Shown: piece after piece, positions 10,246 through 19,800 of the stretch | Layout of the letters: the number at the start of each line of letters is the position of its first letter | How positions within the stretch are numbered: position 1 is the stretch's first letter | Assembly: GCA_050008355.1 (NCBI GenBank) | Contig: JBEKMT010000007.1 | Coordinates: forward strand, 7,844-71,843 | Origin: Verrucomicrobiota bacterium | GTDB lineage: Bacteria > Verrucomicrobiota > Verrucomicrobiia > Limisphaerales > UBA11358 | DNA length: 64,000 nt | Direction: 5' to 3' | Position numbers and translations under genes: made by a program | The notes under the pieces: generated by a model | What the model was told of the DNA's origin: nothing | The model's input: the letters and a program-made list of their open reading frames with translations, nothing else | The model's database searches: none

Positions 10246-10955
10246 TTATCAAATCGAGCCACACCATGATGATGAAATACCTCCTTACTCTCGCGTTGAT
10301 TGCCAGCTTCGCGACATTTGCCAAGGCGGAACTCTTAACCGATCCGCCCGCAGCCCGCGAATCCATCGAATGGTGTGACATCTGGATTTCACACGCTAAT
10401 GAAACCAATTTGCCGCGCGTTTTGCTGATCGGCGATTCGATCACGCGTGCTTACTATCCCGAGGTTGAGAAAGACCTCGTCGGCAAAGCGTACGTCGGAC
10501 GGTTTTCCAGTTCGGCTTTCATTTCCGACCCGGCACTGCTCAAGCAAATTGAAATGGTGTTGAGCCAGTACAAGTTCGACATCATCCATTTCAATAACGG
10601 CATGCATGGCTGGCAACATAGCGAGGAGCAATATGCGCAAGCCTTTCCGGAGTATCTCAAGACCATACAAAAATACGCGCCCGATGCAAAACTGATTTGG
10701 GCGGACACAACGCCGTTTAAAGTGTCACCGCGCTTGCCGCCGGACAATCAAACCGTTGCCACGGATGAACGTATCGCGGCGCGTAATGACATCGCCCACA
10801 CAATTATCCGGGCGCGGGGAATACCCGTGGACGACTTAAATATGCCGATGCGCGGCCATCCCGAGTATCACTCCGATAACGTTCATTTCAATGAGCTGGG
10901 GATTGCCATCCAGGCCGCACAAGTTGCCGCCCAAATCGAGAAGCTGCTAAATTAA
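10242..10955 (+). CDS. Secreted SGNH/GDSL hydrolase
   Basis: LLIGDSIT, FNNGMHG and DNVHF motifs plus signal peptide. ATGA overlap with the upstream gene, although a later ATG (10266-10272) is possible. Confidence 0.88.
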   Translation: MIIKSSHTMMMKYLLTLALIASFATFAKAELLTDPPAARESIEWCDIWISHANETNLPRVLLIGDSITRAYYPEVEKDLVGKAYVGRFSSSAFISDPALLKQIEMVLSQYKFDIIHFNNGMHGWQHSEEQYAQAFPEYLKTIQKYAPDAKLIWADTTPFKVSPRLPPDNQTVATDERIAARNDIAHTIIRARGIPVDDLNMPMRGHPEYHSDNVHFNELGIAIQAAQVAAQIEKLLN

Positions 10956-11027
10956 GCTCCAGTTTCGCAGTCGACCGGATTCCGGGACGCGCCGATCTTC
11001 CCAATCGGTGGCCGCCCGGCGGATGGT

Positions 11028-12716
11028 TTACTTATTTATCAATTCGATTTCGTTGATGGTCGGCGCGTCGGTGGCGTCGAGTATGTTCAACCGGAATTCT
11101 CGCGCTGACACCGGGTCAAAGGATTGCTCAAAGTGGTTTCCCAGTTTCGTGCCGGAAAAGATCGTTCTCCAGTCATCGCCGTTTCGATACTGAAATTCAT
11201 ATCGTTGCACGCGGTTTGCGTAGGCCTCGGAAATCCGCACGCCGCCAATAGTACGCGGTCCGGCGTAAGCCACCGCTATCCATGCCTGCTTTGTGCCGCT
11301 ATCGGTAGCCCAGCGGGTTTGCTCGTCGCCGTCAAATGCATTCTGAGCGCCATAATCTGCGTTGTCGTTTTGATACACATTTGATGCGTCGGCTTCAAAA
11401 CCGCGTGGCAATTCTACCGCTGGAATCGCCATCGCCGAGCCGCCAAGTTCCAATTTTATCACTGTGTCAGCGGTATCGCGCTCAGCTGCCGGAACCGTGA
11501 TCAACAGTTTTCCGGCCTTCCGGGCGAAGGACACATTGCGGCCGCCTAGAATCCCGGAGGATTTGATTTGACCGACGATGTCTGGCAATTCGACAGTCTC
11601 ATTATCACCGTGCAGGAGGTGAACATAAATCACACTGCCGCTTCGCGTGCTTGCAATAGACTTCGTCGGCTTCCAGGGGCCGCCGCGCGTGCCATATATA
11701 CTTTCGCCATTTTTGGAGAGCCAGGCGCCAACTTGCTGCAACACAGTAATTTGGCGAGGTTCGATGCGGCCATCAGGCATCGGGCCGACGTCCAGTAGGA
11801 GGTTCCCGTCGCCGCCGACGCATTGCGCCAGAATGGAGATTACCTTGCTCGCCGGTTTGATTTCGTCATCGGGTTTCCACGCCCACTGCGTCCCGATTGT
11901 CATGCACGTCTCCCACGGAGTTCTGTCATCGTACGCCCCAATGCTTTGTTCCGGTGTGTAATAATCTTCGTTTGGCTTCAACCGGCCCTGGTGCGCCCAT
12001 TCATAAAAACTATCCATTTGCAAACGGTTGTTGATAATGATGTCCGGCTGCAATCCACGCACCAGGGGATAAGTCGTCGCCGGCTCCCACATTGTTGGAA
12101 GACCGTCGGTGTCAAACCAGAGCACATTGATGGTGCCGTAATCGGACAGCAATTCGCGCAGCTCAGCCTGGATCTTTTTTACAAAACGGGAGTTGTGCGC
12201 GGAACGGCAATCCGGATCGCGCCAATCCATCGGCGAAAAATACCATCCAATTTTCTCATCTTGCGCGTGCGCTGCCGCAGCCAGTTCTGCGCAAACATCT
12301 CGATGGAACGGTGTCGCTGCAATGTTATAAGCGTCCACTTTAGAGTCCCACAACAAAAAGCCGTCGCCGTGTTTAGCGGTCAGCACCATGTATTTCATGC
12401 CGGCAGACTTGGCGGTCCGCACCCATTCGTCGGCGCTGAAATTGGTCGGGTTGAACTGTTTGTAAAGATTATCGTACACCTTGACCGGGATCGGGCCGTT
12501 ATTCGGGCAGTTGGAATTGGAATTCGCGCGCGACCAGCTGATCTCCTGTCCCGTCAGGCTGACCGGGCCCCAATGAATGAACATCCCGAAACGCCCGTTA
12601 CGCCACCACGCCATCCGGGCGGCTGATTGGCCGGGGGATTCAGCATGCACACCAGTGACGATTGCGCAAACGGCGAATAGGATGTAATTCGCAATAGATT
12701 TATTATTTTTCATCAT
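11028..12716 (-). CDS. Alpha-L-fucosidase (GH29) with C-terminal F5/8 type C (CBM32-like) domain
   Basis: RFGMFIHWG, AGMKYMVLTAKHGDGF, VLWFD, WETCMT, GNLLLDVGP, and C-terminal NAFDGDEQTRWAT. Confidence 0.93.
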   Translation of the reverse strand: MMKNNKSIANYILFAVCAIVTGVHAESPGQSAARMAWWRNGRFGMFIHWGPVSLTGQEISWSRANSNSNCPNNGPIPVKVYDNLYKQFNPTNFSADEWVRTAKSAGMKYMVLTAKHGDGFLLWDSKVDAYNIAATPFHRDVCAELAAAAHAQDEKIGWYFSPMDWRDPDCRSAHNSRFVKKIQAELRELLSDYGTINVLWFDTDGLPTMWEPATTYPLVRGLQPDIIINNRLQMDSFYEWAHQGRLKPNEDYYTPEQSIGAYDDRTPWETCMTIGTQWAWKPDDEIKPASKVISILAQCVGGDGNLLLDVGPMPDGRIEPRQITVLQQVGAWLSKNGESIYGTRGGPWKPTKSIASTRSGSVIYVHLLHGDNETVELPDIVGQIKSSGILGGRNVSFARKAGKLLITVPAAERDTADTVIKLELGGSAMAIPAVELPRGFEADASNVYQNDNADYGAQNAFDGDEQTRWATDSGTKQAWIAVAYAGPRTIGGVRISEAYANRVQRYEFQYRNGDDWRTIFSGTKLGNHFEQSFDPVSAREFRLNILDATDAPTINEIELINK

Positions 12717-12793
12717 CGGCTAGCGGCACGTCAGAGGCTACTACCCCCAATCGGCTTGGTTCAGCTGGCTGATGTTGTTCAAGTTGACAGATC

Positions 12794-13852
12794 ATGAACA
12801 AGGAAATCTTGCAAAATTGTTCGGCGAAGAATATTGAACAAGTTGTGAACGCAAGGCCAACCTACCGGGCGCGAAACGCCCAATACGAAATTGACCGTTG
12901 CGAGCCGCAGAATCGCGCGATTGAAATGGGCAAAATCCTCTTTCACGCGCTGACGAAGGGTCATTACCCCGGCACACCCGTCCCGGAAAATGTCCTGTCC
13001 GGCTTGAGCAGCATCGGCTTTTGGAACGCTGGCGGGGCCCAGGATTGGGGCTTGGATGCCCATCGCAACGAAGGCATCGAAATCATGTTTCTGGAAACGG
13101 GCACGACGGCTTTTGTCGCTGACGGGAAAAAATATGATCTGCGTGCGGGGCAGTTCACCATCACCCGCCCTTGGCAGCTCCACAAACTCGGCGCCCCCAA
13201 CATCGGGCCCGGCCGATTGCACTGGTTGATCCTGGATGTTGGCGTGCGGCGACCACACCAGAACTGGCACTGGCCAGCGTGGATGGTGTTGACCAAGGAC
13301 GACCTTGCCGAGCTGACCCGCGAATTGCGTCAGGATGAGAATCCCGTATGGAACGCCACTCCTGCCATCGCCCATGCTTTCCGCGAGCTCGCCCGCACCG
13401 TCGAGGCCTGGAATCAGCCTCATGCTGTCTCGCGGTTGGCCACCCATTTGAACCAGCTCTTTCTGAGCATCCTGGACACTTTGTCCGAACAACCGACGCA
13501 TGAATCTCCCAACCTGACTTCGCGCCAGCGCATGGTAGAATTATTTCTGCATGAAGTGGAAAATAACCCGGCCATCACCCGTGAGCCGTGGACCATTAAC
13601 AGCATGGCGGAACATTGCGGCATGGGCGTGACGGCGTTTTCCCAGTACTGCCGCGAATTGGTTAACACCGGCCCGATGGAATACCTGAACCAGTTCCGTC
13701 TCGAATTCGCTGCGCGCGAACTTCGCGCTGAACCGGAAACTTCCATCACGGACATTGCCTATCGAAACGGTTTTAACGCCAGCCAATATTTCGCCACGCG
13801 TTTCCGCCAGCGCTTTGGTTGCACCCCCAGCGATTACCGCCATCAGAAATGA
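12794..13852 (+). CDS. AraC-family transcriptional regulator, divergent from the fucosidase
   Basis: Cupin HRNEGIE...PWQLH and C-terminal ITDIAYRNGFNASQYFATRFRQRFGCTPSDYR. True start may be GTG 12845. Confidence 0.9.
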   Translation: MNKEILQNCSAKNIEQVVNARPTYRARNAQYEIDRCEPQNRAIEMGKILFHALTKGHYPGTPVPENVLSGLSSIGFWNAGGAQDWGLDAHRNEGIEIMFLETGTTAFVADGKKYDLRAGQFTITRPWQLHKLGAPNIGPGRLHWLILDVGVRRPHQNWHWPAWMVLTKDDLAELTRELRQDENPVWNATPAIAHAFRELARTVEAWNQPHAVSRLATHLNQLFLSILDTLSEQPTHESPNLTSRQRMVELFLHEVENNPAITREPWTINSMAEHCGMGVTAFSQYCRELVNTGPMEYLNQFRLEFAARELRAEPETSITDIAYRNGFNASQYFATRFRQRFGCTPSDYRHQK

Positions 13853-14007
13853 ATCGGCTAAAAGCCTGGTTTCGCAATCCCCCGCTTTTAAAACTCGAGG
13901 CTCTTCGCTCTCGTGGGGATTGCGCGCCTGCCTCGTATGGCGATGAACGATTCTTCTGATTGGAACCTGACCTGTAAATAATAGCGGTCATTGGATTCTG
14001 CCTCAAA

Positions 14008-14038
14008 TTGACAAAACACCATGAATTTGTTTCACTTT
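14008..14038 (+). promoter_or_regulatory. Putative sigma70 promoter for the riboswitch/K+ transporter transcript
   Basis: Perfect TTGACA at 14008-14013 and a weak -10 (TTCACT or CACTTT) near 14031-14038, directly before the riboswitch. Confidence 0.5.
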
Positions 14039-14040
14039 AG

Positions 14041-14192
14041 CCGTTGCAGCCTAAATCCGGCGGTGGGCGGATGCGGGGGAGTCAAGCCCCACAGCCAGCG
14101 TGAGGATGAGGCGAACGACGTGCATCCAATAAGTGACCAGGCCACTGCCAGGCCCAGCCCGTCAGCTAATCTCGTCGGCAATTGGAAGGGCG
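14041..14192 (+). ncRNA. c-di-AMP riboswitch (ydaO/yuaA family)
   Basis: 5' part GCCTAAATCC..GGATGCGGGGGA and 3' part CCCAGCCCGTCAGCTAATCTCGTCGGC..GGAAGG resemble the ydaO consensus (GCCGAAUCC..GGUACGGAGGA..CCCGACAGCUAACUCCGGAGGC..GGAAGG). It sits directly upstream of a YdaO/KimA-like transporter. Confidence 0.85.
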
Positions 14193-14245
14193 ATCCTCTG
14201 GGGCAAAACCGCTCCAAGTTCCCCAAGTTTGGCGTGTACTCGAAT

Positions 14246-16219
14246 ATGAATGCGTTTCGTTTGGTCAAAGACATGGTGATTGGCCGTGCCCGGAATCTTT
14301 CAGACCAACGAATCTTCCACAACATGTCGTTGGTAGCACTCCTGGCATGGGTTGGGCTGGGTGCCGACGGGTTGTCATCATCGTGCTATGGACCGGAAGC
14401 GGCGTTTCTCGCCCTGAAAGGTCACACTCATCTGAGCCTGTTTGTTGCACTGGCCTCCGTATTGACCATCGTCGTCATCTGCGCGAGTTATTCGCAGATC
14501 ATTGAGCAATTTCCCACTGGCGGCGGTGGTTATCTGGTTGCCAGCAAACTGCTGTCACCGACGGTCGGCGTCATTTCCGGTTGCGCGCTCATCGGGGATT
14601 ACATTTTGACGATTGCAATTAGCATCGCCAGCGGCGCCGATGCCACCTTCAGCCTGTTGCCCATGGAGTTGCAGGTTTGGAAATTGAAGTTTTCTGTTGG
14701 AGTGGTGATTTTTCTCACATTATTGAATCTGCGCGGTGTGAAGGAATCGGTCGTGCTCTGGCTGCCGGTTTTTTTTACGTTCGTTGCAACTTACACTTTT
14801 GCGATTATTTGGGCCATTGCCGCGCATTTTGGCGATCTGCCCGCCTTGGCGCACGGCGTTGTCAATGACGTAAAAACTGATTCCGCCGAAGTGGGGATAT
14901 TCGGCATGATCGCCGTGATCCTGCGTGCCTACAGCCTGGGCGCCGGAACTTACACCGGCATCGAAGCCGTCAGCAACGGCCTGAACGCGTTGCGCGAACC
15001 ACGGGTACAAACCGGTAAGCGGACCATGATTTACATGGGTGCCTCGCTGGCGTTTGTCGTCGGCGGTTTGTTGCTGGCCTATTTGTTGTATGACGTCGAC
15101 CACGTGGAGGGCCAGACTTTGAATGCGGTTTTATTTGCGAAAATCACCGCCGCCTGGCCGCACGCCTTGTCGCAGGGGTTCGTCATCGCCGCCATGGCCT
15201 CGTCCGGCGCCCTGCTCTTTATTGCCGCTCAAACCGGTTTCTTTGGCGGCCCGCGCGTATTGGCCAACATGGCCGTTGACCGCTGGATGCCGACACGTTT
15301 TGCCACCTTAAGTGACCGGCTTGTCACCCAAAACGGCGTGCTGCTCATGGGATTCGCGGCTTTGCTCGTCATCCTATTCACCGGCGCATCCGTGAATGTG
15401 CTCGTCGTGCTCTATAGCATCAATGTGTTCATCACTTTCAGCCTATCGCAGCTCGGCATGGTGCGACACTGGTGGCTGGAGCGGGCGCGCACGCCGAACT
15501 GGAAAAAGAAATTATGCGTCAACGGATTTGGCCTGTTGCTCACCGGCGGCATCCTAATCTCGCTCTGTATTGTGAAATTCTTTCAGGGTGGCTGGGTTAC
15601 GCTGTTCGTCACCAGCCTGCTCGTCGGGGTGTCGTTTTGGATCAAACATCACTATCGGCAGACCCAGAAAAAATTGCATCGCCTTAATGAACTGGTCGCC
15701 GTCGCGCTGGCCGATGAAGCACTGGCCAAAATTGAGGACCTGCCAATCTCCGCCTGCGATCCCAACGCGCGCACCGCCGTCTTTCTCGTGAACGGTTTCA
15801 ACGGGCTTGGCCTGCACACGTTGCTCGCCGTCGTGCGGATGTTCCCCAAGGTTTATAAAAACTTCATCTTCGTGCAGGTTGGCATCCTGGATGCGGGTAA
15901 TTTCAAGGGCGTGGCGGAAGTGGACAATTTGCGTGAATATTCCCGTGCCGCTGTTGAGCGCTACGTCAATTATATGAGCCGGCGGGGTTTCTTTGCCGAG
16001 GCTTATGTTGCTCTCGGCACGGACATCGTTGAGGAAGCCGCCAAGGAATGTAATCTCATCGCCGAAAAATATCCGCAGGCACAATTTTTCGCCGGCCAAC
16101 TTGTGTTCAAGGACGAAAGCCTGATTACCCGCTGGCTCCACAACCACACGGTCTTTGAATTGCAGCGCCGACTCTACCAAAACGGTCGTGCCATGCTCAT
16201 CCTGCCGATCCAGGTTTGA
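14246..16219 (+). CDS. APC-superfamily permease, KimA/YdaO-like K+/H+ symporter
   Basis: TM1 ADGLSSSCYGPE (KimA SDALSSVAYG), SYSQII..FPTGGGGY and TGIEAVSNG, about 12 TMs, and a soluble C-terminal domain. Start moved to ATG 14246 because the longer ORF runs through the riboswitch. Confidence 0.85.
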   Translation: MNAFRLVKDMVIGRARNLSDQRIFHNMSLVALLAWVGLGADGLSSSCYGPEAAFLALKGHTHLSLFVALASVLTIVVICASYSQIIEQFPTGGGGYLVASKLLSPTVGVISGCALIGDYILTIAISIASGADATFSLLPMELQVWKLKFSVGVVIFLTLLNLRGVKESVVLWLPVFFTFVATYTFAIIWAIAAHFGDLPALAHGVVNDVKTDSAEVGIFGMIAVILRAYSLGAGTYTGIEAVSNGLNALREPRVQTGKRTMIYMGASLAFVVGGLLLAYLLYDVDHVEGQTLNAVLFAKITAAWPHALSQGFVIAAMASSGALLFIAAQTGFFGGPRVLANMAVDRWMPTRFATLSDRLVTQNGVLLMGFAALLVILFTGASVNVLVVLYSINVFITFSLSQLGMVRHWWLERARTPNWKKKLCVNGFGLLLTGGILISLCIVKFFQGGWVTLFVTSLLVGVSFWIKHHYRQTQKKLHRLNELVAVALADEALAKIEDLPISACDPNARTAVFLVNGFNGLGLHTLLAVVRMFPKVYKNFIFVQVGILDAGNFKGVAEVDNLREYSRAAVERYVNYMSRRGFFAEAYVALGTDIVEEAAKECNLIAEKYPQAQFFAGQLVFKDESLITRWLHNHTVFELQRRLYQNGRAMLILPIQV

Positions 16220-16363
16220 CACGACTTTTCGACTCCAGTTGGTTACTCCGGTGCAGACGTGGCGCGGCTAATTTACCTCGACACAGCGCAAAGGCTGAAA
16301 TACGATTCGCAATCGGGAAAGGAAAGCCACTGGTTGCGGCGGAATTCAAACCAAGGATGCACC

Positions 16364-16861
16364 ATGACGACTCCAATCATCTCCCAAAGAATGACGGCAA
16401 TCATGGAAGGGGAGTTCTGCGTTTTCCTGATCGGAATGAGGATTAATCGCCCGTGGAAATTGCACAAATGGCTCCCGGTGGCCATGGCCATGCCCAGAAT
16501 GCTGCGCGAATTGGCTGCTCACAAGGAACTTGGATTTCTTGGCGGTCGTGCTTGGTTTGGTCGCACCATTATTTCCGTGCAGTATTGGCGCTCCATGCGT
16601 CACCTCACGGAGTATGCCTCAAACAAAGCTCACGAACACCTGCCGGCCTGGATTGCCTTTACTCGCGCCGTCGGAAATAGCGGCGATGTCGGCATCTGGC
16701 ATGAAGCATATTCCGTCAAGCCAGGTATTTTCGAGACCATCTATCACAATATGCCACCGTTCGGTCTCGGGCGTGTTGGCTCGCTCAAGGTTGCTACCGG
16801 AAGATACCAGTCCGCCAATGACCTTATGAAGGCCCCGACCACACCGCCAGCAGGACCCTAA
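16364..16861 (+). CDS. DUF4188 family protein (monooxygenase-like fold)
   Basis: VFLIGMRINR, QYWRS..L..YA, HLPAW, GDVGIWHE.Y and IY.NMPPFGLG match the family pattern. Confidence 0.85.
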   Translation: MTTPIISQRMTAIMEGEFCVFLIGMRINRPWKLHKWLPVAMAMPRMLRELAAHKELGFLGGRAWFGRTIISVQYWRSMRHLTEYASNKAHEHLPAWIAFTRAVGNSGDVGIWHEAYSVKPGIFETIYHNMPPFGLGRVGSLKVATGRYQSANDLMKAPTTPPAGP

Positions 16862-16898
16862 GAGTCGTTTGGCTTTAAATTGAGTCTCTGAAAAAAGC

Positions 16899-19800
16899 AT
16901 GAAAGATCGGCGTTCAATTCCTGGGTTCCTTCGATGCGGGATTGACTCATGCCGGTGGGTTCAAGTTCTCCTCGGCATGGCCAGCTTGCTCGTTTCGCCG
17001 CCCGTGGCTCGGGCCGCCGATGCGGTAGGCGGGGGCTGGCTGCAGGGAGGAGTCTTGGGACAGTACTATCCCAACGCCAACTTTGCCGGCGCTCCGGCCT
17101 TCACACGGCGGGATGTGCGCATTGATTTTGACTGGGGCTCTTTCGGGCAACCGGGCGGCTCACCGGCGCCCGGCTTTAACGCCGTCAGTAATCAGAATTT
17201 TTCCGTCGTCTGGACCGGCCAGATCATGCCCCGATTCAGCGAGACCTACACCTTCACGCTGATCGCCGATGCCGGGGCGACGTTATCCATCCAGCCGACG
17301 AACTCTTCCACTTGGACAACGCTGGTAACAGCATCGACCGGCAACACCAATTCAGCCGCCACAAATATGGTGGCAGGTCAGACCTATAACCTGCAGCTCT
17401 CCTACCACGAGACCACGGGCACGCCTGTGTGCCGGCTGTGGTGGTCCAGCCCCAGCACGCCGGAAGAGGTTCTGGACACCGTCACGCTGGCGGGGCTGAA
17501 TGTGGATACATATGGCGCATACGATTATCAGTTGTATGCCAACGCCATGGACGACGGCCGCGACGAATGGGGCACCTATAATGGAGGAACCCTGATCCCG
17601 ACGCCTCGCGACACCAATGGCTGGCCCACCGCCGACGCCACGAACATAGTGTTCGAAGGCGCCGGCGAAAATGGCGCCAGCATCGTGACCGGTACCTATC
17701 TGCTTCAGTTTCAGGGGCAAGCTTCGGTCCATTGTGCTCTGAACACTGGCACACTGGTGGTTGACGGCACCAACTACGGCAGCAACCTGCCTTTCGGAAC
17801 CGGCTACAATTCGACCAGCAATCTCACCAGCGCCAACCTAATCGTTGCCACCAATAGCGCCGGCATTTTGTATTTGGGTTTCCAAAACACCAGGCGGAAT
17901 CCAGGCGACGCAACCAACACAGGTGTAGCCGATGTGAAGCTCATGCGCCCCGTTAGCCCGGGCAGCACCAATTGTTTTCCGGTGGGCACTTTCTTCTATG
18001 CGCCCTTCGAGAGTGCTGTCCAGCGCTTCACGATCTTGCGTTGGATCCAGAATAATCAGGTGGTACCCGACACCGAGTGGACCAACCGTCCCGACACCGA
18101 GCTGCCGGCTTATTCCACCCATAATTCCCAAGGCACCCTGCGTTATTGGGAATATATGGTCATGCTGGCCAATGAGTGCGGGAAGGATCTTTACCTGTGT
18201 TTTCCTGGGCAGGCATCGAACGATTACCTGACCAATGTCGCCAACCTGATCTGCTATGGTTCCGACGGTGTGAACCCTTATGCCTCGCCGCAGGCCAGTC
18301 CGGTTTACCCTCCGCTCAATCCAAACCTGCGGATCATCCTCGAACACCAGAATGAGGTTTGGAATTTTTCCTTCCTCAACTGGGGACAAAACCTCAGCGC
18401 CATGCTCGAGGCGTACACCAACAATACGCCCGACTGGCAGATTGTTGATTATGACGGAGTCTATGACCCTGCCACCGGTGCCGGCAACCAATTTCAGGCG
18501 GCTATGCGCTGGCACATTCTCCGTGCTTTGCGTTGTTCGGATATTTTCCGCTCTGTCTTCGGGGACGCCGCCATGGGTTCGCGGGTGAGGGTGATTTACG
18601 AATATCAATACGACGACGCCAACAACACAGCCTCGTTTGCACTGCCTTTCATTGACAATTATTTTAATAACAGCGACGGCAGCAACCATGTGGCCACGCC
18701 TTATCCTGTCAACCACTATTTCTGGGGTGCCGGCGGTGCGGTCTATTATGGCAGCGGCGATGAGAATGGCATACAGACCAATATCGTTTTTGCCGACAGC
18801 GGCTTTGAGACTCCCGCCCTGCCGGCAGGTGGAGTGGAGACCAATCCGGCCGACGCCTCCTGGCGGTTCAGCGGTGACGCCGGAATCTACAACGCCGCGG
18901 TGAGTGGGCTCGGGAATCCGCCCGCTCCACCTGATGGTTCTCAGGCGGCCTTCATTCAAGGTACCGGGGCGATCAGCCAGACGGTGAACTTCACTACCAC
19001 CGGCGCGTATGCTCTCGGATTTCAGAGCGCGGAACCCACCAATAATATTAACAGTGTTCAGTTTTATTTTGACGATACTTTGATCACCCCCAATGGCAGC
19101 TACGCCGACGGCCCGTCTGCGAACCAATGGGTGCCGGGTTCCTTTGGAGTAAGCGCCCAAACCTTTAGCTCCTACTCGACTTATGTGTTCCAGGTAACCA
19201 ACCCGGGACCGCACACGCTCACCATTCAGGGTCTGGGGATTGGCCAATACGACCCTACAAACACCCCGCCGAATAACAATTTATTCATCTATTTCGACGA
19301 CTTGGAAATTGCCAGCGCCGCGGCGCTCTTTGCCGGCGGCATTCCCGGCCCCGGGGTTGCCAATGGCCAGGTTGGGAACGCCGGTTATTCTGTGCAACTC
19401 GACGCGCAGGCGCACTACGCGCAGGCCTACGGTCTCCAAGTTGTCGCTTATGAGGGCGGCTGGTCATTGGGAGGCGACTTCAACAAGACCGCCTTCGAGA
19501 ACTGGTGCGGATTCTACGACCCGCAAGCGGAGTTCGTTAATTTAAACGCCCTCAACACTTTTGCCCAGAGCGGCAGCCGCTATTATGTATTCGGCACGTA
19601 CGAAACCTGGCCCGGTTACGATACAGTTAATGTCGGCAACTTTCCTCTCGTTCAGGGCGTGGACGCTGCCAACGCCGCCCTCCCAGCTTCCCCTCTCAAT
19701 GGCATCAACGTGCCCAATGTGCTGACCCCTGCGAACAACAGCTGGCTGGTCAATGCCAACGCCAATTCCGATTCCATCAGCGGTACCGGCGGTTGGTTTT

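Noticed and set aside
13873-13924. 10-bp inverted repeat CGCAATCCCC/GGGGATTGCG after the AraC gene
   Set aside because: It has a large loop, no U-tract and no second copy seen, so it cannot be called a terminator or REP element.
14021-14245. 75-aa N-terminal extension of the APC/KimA ORF
   Set aside because: It overlaps the promoter and the c-di-AMP riboswitch, and transporter-like sequence begins at ATG 14246.
17838-19247. Long antisense ORFs (469 aa here; also 8188-9261, 23883-24869, 35499-36509, 30009-30800, 42136-42966)
   Set aside because: These are shadow frames opposite well-supported genes, expected from GC-rich codon bias, with no recognisable motifs.
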